NCBI GenBank assembly: GCA_965215605.1 | Contig: OZ244070.1 | Span: forward strand, 544,001-608,000 | Source of the DNA: an uncultured Candidatus Binatia bacterium | Lineage (GTDB): Bacteria; Desulfobacterota; Binatia; UBA9968; JAJDTQ01 | Reading direction: 5' to 3' | Length of the DNA: 64,000 nucleotides | Shown: in pieces, positions 45,978 through 55,772 of the stretch | How positions within the stretch are numbered: the first letter of the stretch is position 1 | How the letters are laid out: each line of letters begins with the position of its first letter | The notes under the pieces: model-generated | Told to the model about the DNA's origin: nothing | Database searches by the model: none | What the model saw: the letters and a program-made list of their open reading frames with translations, nothing else | Made by a program: the position numbers and the translations under genes

Positions 45978-47216
45978 CTATCGAGTGAACGCGCCGGCGC
46001 TTCTCAGCGCGGCGATCTCCTCCGCGCCGTATCCCAGGACCTCGCTCAGCACCTCGTCGGTGTGCTCGCCCAGAAGCGGCGAGCGCTCGACCTCCACCGG
46101 CGAGTCCGAGAGCTTGATGGGGCAACCCACGTTGTACCAGGCGCCCCGCTCGGGGTGGTCGACCTCGACCATCATTTCCCGGAGTTGGACATGCTCGTCA
46201 TGCGCCAGATCCTTGGTGCTCATGATGGGGCCACAGGGAACGTCGAGATCGTTCAGGATCTCCATCAGCTCCCATTTGGTGTAGTCCCGGGCGAATTCGG
46301 CCAGCAGGCGCCACATCTCCCCCTGGTTGGCGCGCCGGACGTCGATGTCCGTGAATCGCGGGTCCTCGGCCAGCGCCTCGCCGCCGATACGAGTAGCCAA
46401 GGCCGTCCACACGTGCTCCTGCACCACCACGTAGAGGTAGTCGTTGGCGCCGCCGGGTTTGCACGGGACGGCGTTGCCCAGTTGGCCGCCGCCGGAGTCG
46501 TTGCCCGCCCGGGGGGTGAAGTCCTCGAACTCCTGCACCGAATACTCGGCCAGGGGCCCGTGCTCGATGCGCTGATGGTCCCGGAACTTCACCCGGCACA
46601 GGTTCATGACGCAGTCCATCATGGCGCACTCCACGTACTGGCCGCGCCCGGTGCGCTCCCGCTGGAGCAGCGCCGCCAGGATACCGGCCAGCAGGTGCAC
46701 GCCGGTGCCCGAGTCGCCGATCTGCGCTCCGGTGACCACCGGCGGGCCGTCGAACATGCCGCTGGTGCTCATGGCCCCGCCCATGGCCTGGGCCACGTTC
46801 TCGTAGGCCTTGAAGGCGGCGTACGGCCCTTCACTGCCGAAGCCCTTGATGGAGCCCATGATCAGCCGGGGATTCAGCTCGTGCACCTTCTCCCAGCCGA
46901 AACCGAGACGGTCCAGCACGCCGGGGCCGAAGTTTTCCAGCAGGACGTCGCACTCCTTCACCAGCCGGGTGAACACCTCCTTGCCCCGGTCGTTCTTCAG
47001 GTTCACCGTGATGGAGCGCTTGTTGCAGTTCAGCATGGTGAAGTAGAGGCTATCCGCGTCGGGGATGTCCCGGAGCTGCTTGCGCGTGGCGTCGCCCGCG
47101 GGGGACTCGAGCTTGATGACGTCGGCGCCGAGGAAGGCCATGAGCTGGCTCGAAGTGGGGCCGGCCTGGACATGGGTCATGTCCAGGATGCGAATGCCTG
47201 AGAGTGCCTTGTCCAT
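45978..47216 (-). CDS. frc: Formyl-CoA transferase (CaiB/BaiF class III)
   Basis: LDMTHVQAGP, DSLYFTMLNCNKRS, IKGFG, KAYENVAQ, catalytic IGDSGTG, NLCRVKFRD, RAGNDSGGGQ glycine loop. Confidence 0.9.
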   Translation of the reverse strand: MDKALSGIRILDMTHVQAGPTSSQLMAFLGADVIKLESPAGDATRKQLRDIPDADSLYFTMLNCNKRSITVNLKNDRGKEVFTRLVKECDVLLENFGPGVLDRLGFGWEKVHELNPRLIMGSIKGFGSEGPYAAFKAYENVAQAMGGAMSTSGMFDGPPVVTGAQIGDSGTGVHLLAGILAALLQRERTGRGQYVECAMMDCVMNLCRVKFRDHQRIEHGPLAEYSVQEFEDFTPRAGNDSGGGQLGNAVPCKPGGANDYLYVVVQEHVWTALATRIGGEALAEDPRFTDIDVRRANQGEMWRLLAEFARDYTKWELMEILNDLDVPCGPIMSTKDLAHDEHVQLREMMVEVDHPERGAWYNVGCPIKLSDSPVEVERSPLLGEHTDEVLSEVLGYGAEEIAALRSAGAFTR

Positions 47217-47251
47217 GGGATTCCCTGGTTGCTTGTATCTTGTATCCCTGG

Positions 47252-49003
47252 CTACTTGTACATGGTCTGACGTTTGGTGCCGGGAGCCCATTCACCGGCG
47301 TTGACCCAGATGTTGACGACGGCCGACTTGCCGGAGGTCCGCACCGATTCCCGCGCCCGGCGCAGCGCCGGCGCGACCTCGCGGCAGTCGGTGACCTCCT
47401 CGCCGTATCCGCCCAGCATCTCCGCGAACTTCGAGAAGGGCACGTCACCGAGAAGGTTGCCGACGTTGCCGCGCTCGTCCCCGTACTTGGAGAGCTGGCC
47501 GTAGCGTATCTGGTTCATGGCGGAGTTGTTGCCGATGACCGCGATATAGGGAGCACCGAACCGGTTGGCGGTCTCCATGTCGAACGCGGTCATGCCAAAG
47601 GAGCCGTCGCCGTAGTAACACAGGACTTCCTTCTCCGGGTGCACCAGCTTGGAAGCCAAAGCAAAACCCGTGCCCACCCCCAGCGCGCCAAGGGCGCCGG
47701 GGTCCATCCAGTTGCCGGGCGCCCGGGGCTCCACCGCCTGGGCGCTGATGGTCACGACGTCGCCGCCGTCGCCGATGTAGATGGTGTCCTCGGTGAGGAA
47801 CTCGTTGAGCTCCCAGGCCACCCGCCAGGGGTGGATGGGATTGGCGTCGGACGTGAACAGCGGCATGAGCTTGGCCGCCCGCTCATCCTCGATGCCGCGG
47901 AGATGCTCAAGCCAACGGGCGCGGCCCTCGGCGCCGTTGTCCGGCCGTTCCTCCACCGCCGCGTGCACCGCCTTGAGGATCGCTCCCGGATCGCCCACCA
48001 TGCCCAGGCCGACGTCGCGGTTCTTGGCCACGGTCCGGTAGTCCATGTCGATGTGGACCACGGTGGCGTCGGCCCGCAGCCGCCGGCCGTAGCCCATGCG
48101 GAAATCGAAGGGCGTGCCGGCGATGACGATGACGTCGGCTTCGCCGAAGGCGTCGCCGCGGGTGCGGTTGAAGTAGTGTGGGTCGCCGGGGGGCAGCAGA
48201 CCCCGGGCGGCCCCGTTCATGTAACAGGGCACGTTGAGGGCCTTGAACAGCGAGGTGGCGGCCTCGTGGCCGCGGCAGGTCCACACCTGCGTGCCCAGCA
48301 GCACCGCCGGGCGCTCGGACCGCGCCAGCAGCTCCGCCAGCTTCTCGATGTCCGCGGGATCGCCGATGGTTTTCGTGGACGCCCGTGAGCGTCCGGCCTC
48401 CGGCACGATGGCCCTGTCCGCCGGCACCTCCCGGTCGAGCACGTCCCGAGGAATCTCCAGGTAGCTCGGTCCCGGCGCCCCGGCAAAGCACTCCCGCGCC
48501 GCCATGGCCACCATGTCGGCGATGCGTTCGGTGGAACGAACGCTGGCCGAGAACTTGGTGATGGGGGCGGCCACGTCGACATGGGGCAGGTCCTGCAGCG
48601 AGCCCATCTTGTGCTGGGTGAGGGCGCCCTGCCCGCCGATATGCAGCACCGGGCTCTCCGACCGGAACGCGGTGGCGATGCCCGTCAGCGCGTTGGTGAA
48701 GCCCGGGCCGGCGGTGGTCACCACGCAGCCCAGCCGCCCGGTCTGCCGCGCATAGCCGTCCGCCGCATGCGCCGCCACCTGTTCGTGGCGCACGTCCACC
48801 ACGCGGATGCCGTGGTCGATGCAGCCGTCGTAGATGTCGATGATATGCCCGCCGCAGAGAGTGAAGATGGTATCCACCCCCTCGTTCTTGAGCGCCGCCG
48901 CCACCAGATGACCGCCCGAGACCACGTTCTCGTCGCGGCTCTTGCGGGCCAGGGTGTCGTCGGCCGTGTTGGAAGTTCGAGTGTCGGTTGAAACCCTTGC
49001 CAT
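47252..49003 (-). CDS. ThDP-dependent enzyme, probable non-canonical oxalyl-CoA decarboxylase (HACL/ALS-like)
   Basis: TLCGGHI, VRHEQVAAHAADGYAR, TAGPG, GSLQD, DGGD, ThDP motif GDGSFG...GNN; directly upstream of frc. Confidence 0.8.
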   Translation of the reverse strand: MARVSTDTRTSNTADDTLARKSRDENVVSGGHLVAAALKNEGVDTIFTLCGGHIIDIYDGCIDHGIRVVDVRHEQVAAHAADGYARQTGRLGCVVTTAGPGFTNALTGIATAFRSESPVLHIGGQGALTQHKMGSLQDLPHVDVAAPITKFSASVRSTERIADMVAMAARECFAGAPGPSYLEIPRDVLDREVPADRAIVPEAGRSRASTKTIGDPADIEKLAELLARSERPAVLLGTQVWTCRGHEAATSLFKALNVPCYMNGAARGLLPPGDPHYFNRTRGDAFGEADVIVIAGTPFDFRMGYGRRLRADATVVHIDMDYRTVAKNRDVGLGMVGDPGAILKAVHAAVEERPDNGAEGRARWLEHLRGIEDERAAKLMPLFTSDANPIHPWRVAWELNEFLTEDTIYIGDGGDVVTISAQAVEPRAPGNWMDPGALGALGVGTGFALASKLVHPEKEVLCYYGDGSFGMTAFDMETANRFGAPYIAVIGNNSAMNQIRYGQLSKYGDERGNVGNLLGDVPFSKFAEMLGGYGEEVTDCREVAPALRRARESVRTSGKSAVVNIWVNAGEWAPGTKRQTMYK

Positions 49004-49056
49004 GTATGTGTTTCCTTCGCAGGGGCGTGTGCTGGCCAGCGGCCGGTAAGTGAAGT

Positions 49057-49085
49057 AGTTAATCCCTGTCCGCCACGTCTGTCAA
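49057..49085 (-). promoter_or_regulatory. Sigma70 promoter of the ThDP-frc operon
   Basis: Minus strand TTGACA(49085-49080)-N17-TTAACT(49062-49057), ~55 nt upstream of the ATG at 49003. Confidence 0.7.
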
Positions 49086-49107
49086 TCAGGCTTGTCCGGA
49101 GGTTCCC

Positions 49108-49902
49108 GTGACCTTGACCATCACTCAGGTCGACGCTTTCACCAGCGAACCCTTCGGCGGCAACCCGGCCGCCGTGTGCCTGTTGCCCGCTCCGGCCGAT
49201 GCCGGGTGGATGCAGAGGGTGGCGCGGGAGATGAACCTGTCGGAGACCGCCTTCCTGGTCCGCCGGGCAGACGGCGGGTTCGACCTGCGCTGGTTCACAC
49301 CCGCGGTGGAGGTCGACCTTTGCGGCCATGCCACGCTGGCGAGCGCTCATGTGCTTTGGGAGGAAAAGCACTTGCCGCCGGATGCAACCGCCGTCTTCCA
49401 CACCCGCTCCGGCCGGTTGTCGGCGGAACTACGCGACGGATGGATCGAGATGGACTTCCCGGCGGAGCCGGACGAGCCCGCGCCCGCTCCCTACGCGCTG
49501 GCCGCCGGCTTGGGCGCCGAGCTGGCCTACATCGGCCGAAACCGCTTCGACTACCTCGTGGAGGTCGACACGCAGGCCACGGTGGAGGGGCTCACCCCGG
49601 ACTTCAGCCGTCTCGCGGAGATCGACACGCGCGGGATCATCGTCACGGCGCGAGCGGACGCCGGCGGCATCGACTTCGTGTCGCGCTTCTTCGCCCCGAG
49701 AACCGGCATCGACGAGGATCCCGTCACCGGGTCGGCACACTGCTGCCTCGGGCCCTACTGGCAATCCCGCCTCGGCCGCGACGCGTTCACCGCACGGCAG
49801 GTGTCGGAACGCGGCGGACTCGTCAAGGTCGTTGTCCGCGGCCAACGCGTCACGCTGTCGGGTCAGGCGGTAACCGTCCTGCGCGGCACACTGCTGACGT
49901 AA
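49108..49902 (+). CDS. PhzF family isomerase/epimerase
   Basis: QVDAFT..PFGGNPAAV, EMNLSETAF, RWFTP..EVDLCGHATLA, SRFFAP..GIDEDPVTGSAHC. Confidence 0.93.
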   Translation: MTLTITQVDAFTSEPFGGNPAAVCLLPAPADAGWMQRVAREMNLSETAFLVRRADGGFDLRWFTPAVEVDLCGHATLASAHVLWEEKHLPPDATAVFHTRSGRLSAELRDGWIEMDFPAEPDEPAPAPYALAAGLGAELAYIGRNRFDYLVEVDTQATVEGLTPDFSRLAEIDTRGIIVTARADAGGIDFVSRFFAPRTGIDEDPVTGSAHCCLGPYWQSRLGRDAFTARQVSERGGLVKVVVRGQRVTLSGQAVTVLRGTLLT

Positions 49903-49913
49903 CCGCCGCTCGC

Positions 49914-50012
49914 CGTCATTTCGGGTTGAACCCGAAGTCGGGATGGCGGAACCAGCATGTTCAGGTCCCCGATTACAGCCAACCTGGAGCCCCGATCAAG
50001 TCCAGAGTAACG
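49914..50012. repeat. Degenerate CGTC-type REP doublet between convergent phzF-like gene and nuoN
   Basis: CGTCATTTCGGGTTGAACCCGAAG at the left and a degenerate inverted partner CCCCGATCAAGTCCAGAGTAACG at the right. Confidence 0.4.
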
Positions 50013-50035
50013 AGTTCCCGGTTCCCGGCCGCACT

Positions 50036-51478
50036 TCAGGCGAGGCTTCCGATGGCCGCCTGGATGACGCCCAGCAGCGGCGCGGGGTAGACCCCGAACC
50101 AGATCAGCAGCACCGTCAGCCCGGCGAGCACGAGGCCCTCGGGCAGGGAGAAGCGGCGGGTGGCGGGCAGGGGGGAGGACGGGTCTTCCAGCGGCGTCAG
50201 GTAGAGGGTGATGATGATGCGCAGGTAGTAGTAGAGGCCGATAACGCTGCTGACCACCAGCAGGATCACCAGTGTCCATTGATCGGACAGCACTCCGGCG
50301 GCGAGGACGTAGAATTTGCCCACGAACCCGGCGGTGAGCGGGATCCCGGCCAGGGAGAACAGCATCAGCGAGAGCGCGCCGCTGACCCAGGGGCGGCGCC
50401 AGAAGAGCCCGCGGTAATCGCTGACCTCGTCGGCTTCCTTGCGCTCGTCGGAGAGCGCGGTGATGATGCCGAAAATTCCCAGCGAGGTGATGAAATAGGC
50501 CACCAGGTAGAACGTCACCGCATGGGACCCTTCCCGTGACGCGGCGATCACCGCCACCAGCAGGTAACCGAGGTGGGCGATGGAGGAGTAGGCCAGCAGG
50601 CGCTTGATGTTCTCCTGCAACAGCGCCAGGAGGTTGCCGAGGAACATGGAGGCCACGGCGATGATGGCCAGCACCGCCACCACCGAGTCATAGTCCAGCA
50701 GCCCGCCGTACTGGCCGTAACGGAGCAGCAACGCCACCATGGCGCCCTTGGAGACCGTGGTCAGATAGGCCGTCACCGGGGTGGGGGCGCCCTGGTACAC
50801 GTCCGGCGCCCACATGTGGAAGGGTACCACCGCAAGCTTGAAGCCGGCGCCGATGACAACCATGGCGAAGCCCCCGAGCAGCAGCAAGGAGGGCTCCCGG
50901 GCCTTGCCGGCGAGAACGGCGGTCATGGCCGTGAAGTCCATGGTGCCCAGGTCCGCGTAGATGAGCGCCATGCCGAACAGCAGGAAGGCCGCGGACACCG
51001 CCGCCAGGATCAGGTACTTGACGCCGGATTCGAGAGCCGTCCGGGTGGTGCGGAGATAGGCCACCAAGCCGTACAGGGAGACGCTCAGGATCTCCAGCCC
51101 CAGGAAAAACGAAATGAAGTGATTGCTCGCGGTCAACACGGCGCAGCCGAAGGTGGCCAGCGTGAGCAGCAGGTAGAATTCCTCCCGATTCCCGGGAGCG
51201 CGGTCCAGGTAGCTGTACGACAGCACCACCACCACCATGGTGGCCGCCGTGAGCAGGCCCATATAGAACAGCGCATACGCGTCGATGACCAGCAGCGGAG
51301 CCGCCGGCGGCGCCGAGGGCCCGACCGCGGCGGGCAACACCGCCAGCGCCAGCGCCATCCCCGCCAGGGCCAGCACCGCCGTGAGCGCGTGGTTGCGGCG
51401 GAACGAGATCACCAGCATCAGCACCAGCGGCGTCAGGCCCAGGAGAACGATGGGGGTCAGTGCACCGAACAGGTTCAC
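50036..51478 (-). CDS. nuoN: NADH-quinone oxidoreductase subunit N
   Basis: ESGVKYLIL, FKLAVVPFHMWAPDVYQGAP, NIKRLLAYSSIAH, SLAGIPLTAGFVGKF. Confidence 0.95.
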   Translation of the reverse strand: MNLFGALTPIVLLGLTPLVLMLVISFRRNHALTAVLALAGMALALAVLPAAVGPSAPPAAPLLVIDAYALFYMGLLTAATMVVVVLSYSYLDRAPGNREEFYLLLTLATFGCAVLTASNHFISFFLGLEILSVSLYGLVAYLRTTRTALESGVKYLILAAVSAAFLLFGMALIYADLGTMDFTAMTAVLAGKAREPSLLLLGGFAMVVIGAGFKLAVVPFHMWAPDVYQGAPTPVTAYLTTVSKGAMVALLLRYGQYGGLLDYDSVVAVLAIIAVASMFLGNLLALLQENIKRLLAYSSIAHLGYLLVAVIAASREGSHAVTFYLVAYFITSLGIFGIITALSDERKEADEVSDYRGLFWRRPWVSGALSLMLFSLAGIPLTAGFVGKFYVLAAGVLSDQWTLVILLVVSSVIGLYYYLRIIITLYLTPLEDPSSPLPATRRFSLPEGLVLAGLTVLLIWFGVYPAPLLGVIQAAIGSLA

Positions 51479-53043
51479 GGCCGCTTACCTCCATCCGGCG
51501 CGGTGGATGCCACGGCATCCGCCTTGGGGGCTTCCGCGGCCGCGGAGCGCGCCGCCGGGGTCCGGGCCTTGTCGACGAACTCCCGCATCTGGGCCAGCGC
51601 GTTGCCCGACGTGGTCAACACCGGCTGCGGGTAGAGGCCCAGCCCAAGCGTCGCGCCTATGAGGGAGGCCATGACCACCGTCTCCCGGCCGCTGGTGTCA
51701 TCGAGCTTCCAGTCGCCCGTGCTGGCGCCGTAGTAGACCTTCTGCATCATCCACAGGGAATAGACCGTAGCGGCCACGAGGCCCACCGACGCCAGCACCG
51801 TGAGCGGGACGTTGACCTGAAACGCGCCCATGAGCACCAGGAACTCGCCTATGAAGCTGGCCAGACCGGGCAACCCCAGGGAGGCCATGGTGAAGAACAG
51901 GCCCACGCCGCCCATCCGGGGCATCATCGCCCACAAGCCGCCGAAGCTGCCCAGATCGCGGGTATGGGTACGGTGCTGGAGGTCTCCGACCATCATGAAC
52001 AACGCCGCCGCGCTGAAGCCGTGGGACAGCATGATGATGACCGCGCCCTGGAGCGCAAGCTCGTTCCACGCGAAGATCCCCAGCAGGACGAAGCCCATGT
52101 GGCTGATGCTGGTGTACGCCACCATGCGCTTCAGGTCGGTCTGCCCCAGGGCCAGCAGCGCGCCGTAGAGAATGCCCACCACCGCCAGGATCATGGCGAT
52201 GAGGGTGAAGTCGGCGGCGGCCTGGGGAAAGATCGGCACCACGAACCGGAGCATGCCGTAGGCGCCGATCTTCAGCACGAGGCCCGCCAGCGCCACACTG
52301 CCCGCGGTGGGCGCCTGGGTGTGGGCGTCCGGCAACCACGTGTGAAGCGGCACCACCGGCAGCTTGACGGCAAAGGCGACGAAGAAGCCCAGCATGAGCC
52401 ACCACGCGGTGCTCTCCGACAACGGAGTCCCCAGGAGATCCAGGTAGTCGAAGGTCATGACCCCGGTGCTCTGCCAGTGCGCCACCACCAGTCCCAGGAT
52501 GGCCAGCAGCATCAGGAGGCCGCTCCCCTGGGTGATGATGAAGAACTTGGTGGTGGCATAGACCCGGTTCTCGTAGCCCCAGATACCGATGAGGAAGTAC
52601 AGCGGCAGCAGGGAAATTTCCCAGAAGGCGAAGAAGAGGAACATGTCGAAGGCGATGAACACGCCCGACAGAGCGGTCAGAATCAGCAGCAGGTTGAAAT
52701 GAAAGAACCCCACCGACCGCGTCACCGACTTCCAGGACGTCAGCACCGCCAACACCGTCAGGAAGCTGGCCAGCAACAGCAAGAGCAGGCTGAGGCCGTC
52801 CACCGCCAGGTGAAAGCTGATCCCCAGTTGGGGGATCCAGGGCTGCTTGTAGACCATCAGCCACGTACCCTGCCCGGTCTCCACGCGGGCGAAGAAGACG
52901 CCCCAGGTGACCAGCAGCAGCAGCAGGTGCAGCAGCGCCGTCCCAAGCGAGATCCAGCGCGGCCACAGATCGCTCCAGCGTCCGGCAATCCACGCCGCCA
53001 GTCCGCCCGCCAGAGGCAGCAGCAGAATCCAGGCAAGGCTCAT
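51475..53043 (-). CDS. nuoM: NADH-quinone oxidoreductase subunit M
   Basis: WIPQLGISFHLAVDGLS, FAVKLPVVPLHTWLPDAH, DLKRMVAYTSISHMG, ASLGLPG..FIGE; start 53043 overlaps the nuoL stop. Confidence 0.95.
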   Translation of the reverse strand: MSLAWILLLPLAGGLAAWIAGRWSDLWPRWISLGTALLHLLLLLVTWGVFFARVETGQGTWLMVYKQPWIPQLGISFHLAVDGLSLLLLLLASFLTVLAVLTSWKSVTRSVGFFHFNLLLILTALSGVFIAFDMFLFFAFWEISLLPLYFLIGIWGYENRVYATTKFFIITQGSGLLMLLAILGLVVAHWQSTGVMTFDYLDLLGTPLSESTAWWLMLGFFVAFAVKLPVVPLHTWLPDAHTQAPTAGSVALAGLVLKIGAYGMLRFVVPIFPQAAADFTLIAMILAVVGILYGALLALGQTDLKRMVAYTSISHMGFVLLGIFAWNELALQGAVIIMLSHGFSAAALFMMVGDLQHRTHTRDLGSFGGLWAMMPRMGGVGLFFTMASLGLPGLASFIGEFLVLMGAFQVNVPLTVLASVGLVAATVYSLWMMQKVYYGASTGDWKLDDTSGRETVVMASLIGATLGLGLYPQPVLTTSGNALAQMREFVDKARTPAARSAAAEAPKADAVASTAPDGGKRP

Positions 53044-54947
53044 AGCAAGATCACCAGTCCCACGGTCAGCACCGCCCCCACCGCGATGCCGGTGGCGTAC
53101 CACCGCACCGCCCCGGTCTGGGTCAGGGTGGCCACGAAGTGCAGCATCTCCGTGGCGAAGGCCACGGCGCGGTAGCCGCCGTCGATGAAGTCGTCCTTGT
53201 TGACCCGCGCGCACCACAGGTACGGCTGGACGAAGAGCGTGTCATAGAGCCGATCGAAACCCCAGCCGGAGAGCCACAAGCGCTCCAGGTCGGACGCCCA
53301 CGGTAGCGCGGCGATACGCTGCATGGCGCCGGGCGGTCCCATGACCAGGACCCATACGAGGTAGATGCCGCCGAGAGAGGCGGCAGCGGCCAGCAGCTCG
53401 AACAGGAGCTCGGTGCCGTAGCTCGCGTGGGCGCCGTGAAACTCCGGCAACGCCGTGCTCAGGAAACCGGAAAACAGCGTAAGCTTCCCCATGGTATGGG
53501 GCAGCTCGATGACCCCCGCCACAACGGACAGGACCGCCAGCACCCCCAGCGGGATGTGGACGCAGGGTCCGGGCCGGTGGATGGGCATGAGCTTCTTCAC
53601 CCACTCGGTGGCATCCCGATAGAAAGTCAGGAACACCATCCGGAAGGTGTAGATGGAGGTCAGGAAGGCGCCGGCAAACGCGCCGGCCCAGAGCCAGACC
53701 CCGCCGATCTCCGAGTTGTAGGCGTTCCAGATGATCAGGTCCTTGCTGTAGAAGCCCGCAGTCACCACTGGAACGGCCGCCAGCGCCCCGGAGCCGATGA
53801 GGAAGCACCAGAAGGTAAACGGCATCAGCCGGCGCAGCCCGCCCATGCGGTACATGTCCTGCTCGTGGTGCAGGCACATGATCACCGCGCCCGCCCCCAG
53901 GAACAGCAGCGCCTTGAAGAAAGCGTGGATCATGAAGTGGAACAGCGCCGCGGACCACGCGCCCACCCCCAGGGCCAGAAACATGTAGCCGATCTGGCTG
54001 ATGGTGGAGTACGCCAGCACCCGCTTGATATCGGTCTGCACCAACGCCGCGAAACCCGCCATCAGCAACGTCAACGTGCCGATGACCGCCACCAGCGTCA
54101 GCACCGCCGGCGCCATGGTGAAGAGCACGTGGGTGCGCGCGATGAGATAGACACCGGCCGTGACCATGGTGGCGGCGTGGATCAGGGCGCTCACCGGCGT
54201 CGGACCCGCCATCGCGTCGGGCAGCCAGGTCTGGAGCGGGAGCTGGGCGGACTTGCCCACGGCTCCTCCCAGCAGGAGCAGCGCCACCGCCACCGCCAGG
54301 CCCGAGCCCGGCTGGAACTGCTGGCCGGCCCGCTGCAGCAGCTCCTGGATGTCCAGGGTCCCCAGCTCGGCGAAGAGCAGGAAGAGCGCCATGAGCATGG
54401 CCGTGTCGCCGACGCGGGTGACGATGAAGGCCTTGCTGGCGGCCCGGCCGTTGGCCTCGTCCTTGTAGAAAAAGCCGATCAGCAGGTAGCTGCAAAGGCC
54501 CACGCCCTCCCAGCCGAGCAGCAGCAGCATCAGGTTGTCCGCCAGCAGCAGCGTAAGCATGGCGCACACGAACAGGTTCATGTAGGCGAAGAAGCGGCTG
54601 TAGCCTTCCTCCTCCCTCATGTATTCGACGGAGTAGAGGTGGATCAGGAAACCCACGAACGTCACCACGAAGATCATCGTCAGCGACAAGGCGTCCAGAT
54701 AGAAGGCGAAGGCGGGCCGGAAACCGGCCACGTCCAGCCACACCCACAAGGTCTGGGTAAAGCGAGCTCCCGCGGGCGGCGCCGCCATGAAGCTCAGCCC
54801 CACGACCAACGTGACGACGGCGGAAAGGCCGATGGAGCCCGCACCCACGCAAGCCACCTCGGTGCGCGAGAGCCGCGATCCGACCAGCATGAGGATCAGG
54901 AAGCCCAGGAGAGGAAACGCGGGTATCAGCCACAGCAGCTCGAGCAT
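53040..54947 (-). CDS. nuoL: NADH-quinone oxidoreductase subunit L
   Basis: GWEGVGLCSYLLIGF, GKSAQLPLQTWLPDAMAGPTPVSALIHAATMVTAG, HAFFKALLFL. Confidence 0.96.
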   Translation of the reverse strand: MLELLWLIPAFPLLGFLILMLVGSRLSRTEVACVGAGSIGLSAVVTLVVGLSFMAAPPAGARFTQTLWVWLDVAGFRPAFAFYLDALSLTMIFVVTFVGFLIHLYSVEYMREEEGYSRFFAYMNLFVCAMLTLLLADNLMLLLLGWEGVGLCSYLLIGFFYKDEANGRAASKAFIVTRVGDTAMLMALFLLFAELGTLDIQELLQRAGQQFQPGSGLAVAVALLLLGGAVGKSAQLPLQTWLPDAMAGPTPVSALIHAATMVTAGVYLIARTHVLFTMAPAVLTLVAVIGTLTLLMAGFAALVQTDIKRVLAYSTISQIGYMFLALGVGAWSAALFHFMIHAFFKALLFLGAGAVIMCLHHEQDMYRMGGLRRLMPFTFWCFLIGSGALAAVPVVTAGFYSKDLIIWNAYNSEIGGVWLWAGAFAGAFLTSIYTFRMVFLTFYRDATEWVKKLMPIHRPGPCVHIPLGVLAVLSVVAGVIELPHTMGKLTLFSGFLSTALPEFHGAHASYGTELLFELLAAAASLGGIYLVWVLVMGPPGAMQRIAALPWASDLERLWLSGWGFDRLYDTLFVQPYLWCARVNKDDFIDGGYRAVAFATEMLHFVATLTQTGAVRWYATGIAVGAVLTVGLVILL

Positions 54948-54948
54948 G

Positions 54949-55257
54949 TCATCCTCTCATCTGGCTGACGGCATCCACGTCCAGGGTGTTGAACCGGTGG
55001 TAGATCTGCACCACCAGCGCCAATCCCACCGCCACCTCGGCCGCGGCCATGGCCAGGATGAAGAAGAACATGACCTGGCCGTCCGGCTGCCCCCAATGGG
55101 CGCCCGCCACCACAAAGGCCAGGGCCGCGGCGTTGAGCATGATCTCCAGGGACAGCAGCACGAAGATGATGTTGCGGCGCACCAGCACACCCGTCAGGCC
55201 CAGCCCGAACAGCACCGCCGCCAGCACGAGGCCGTGCTCCATGGGAACCGCGGCCAT
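54949..55257 (-). CDS. nuoK: NADH-quinone oxidoreductase subunit K
   Basis: [31 protein letters not shown]. Confidence 0.95.
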   Translation of the reverse strand: MAAVPMEHGLVLAAVLFGLGLTGVLVRRNIIFVLLSLEIMLNAAALAFVVAGAHWGQPDGQVMFFFILAMAAAEVAVGLALVVQIYHRFNTLDVDAVSQMRG

Positions 55258-55772
55258 CAGGACTTACCCTCCTCGCCGCCCGACGGCACCCGGCGGCCCA
55301 AGTGAAAAGCTCCCACCAAACCCGCCAGGAGCAGCATGGCGGCCAGTTCCACCCCCAGCACGTAGGGTCCGTAGAGCGCGGCGCCCACGCGTTTGACCCC
55401 GACCGCGGCCGGGGCGCCCGCCGGGCCGGGCTCGACCGCCAGCAACACCAGGAACTCGACGAACAGGACGGCGCAGAGAACCGCCGGCCCCCGCCACGCC
55501 CTGGGCTCGAGCCATTGCCGCTCCCGGGCCGTGGCCTCGGCGCCGAGGTTGAGCATCATGATGACGAACACGAAGAGGACCACGATGGCCCCGGCGTAGA
55601 TGATCACCTCCAGCGCCGCCACGAAGGGCGCTCCCAGCGTGAAGAAGATCAACGCCAGCGACAACAGCGACACGATCATGTACAACAGCGCGTGCACCGC
55701 GTTGGAGCGGGTGATGACCATGGCCGTCGCGATCACCGCAACGATGGCCGCCAGGTAATAGATCAGGGTCAT
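55257..55772 (-). CDS. nuoJ: NADH-quinone oxidoreductase subunit J
   Basis: [37 protein letters not shown]. Confidence 0.95.
   Translation of the reverse strand: MTLIYYLAAIVAVIATAMVITRSNAVHALLYMIVSLLSLALIFFTLGAPFVAALEVIIYAGAIVVLFVFVIMMLNLGAEATARERQWLEPRAWRGPAVLCAVLFVEFLVLLAVEPGPAGAPAAVGVKRVGAALYGPYVLGVELAAMLLLAGLVGAFHLGRRVPSGGEEGKS

Noticed and set aside
49108-49902. Phenazine biosynthesis cluster
   Set aside because: Only a lone PhzF-family gene; no phzA/B, D, E or G.
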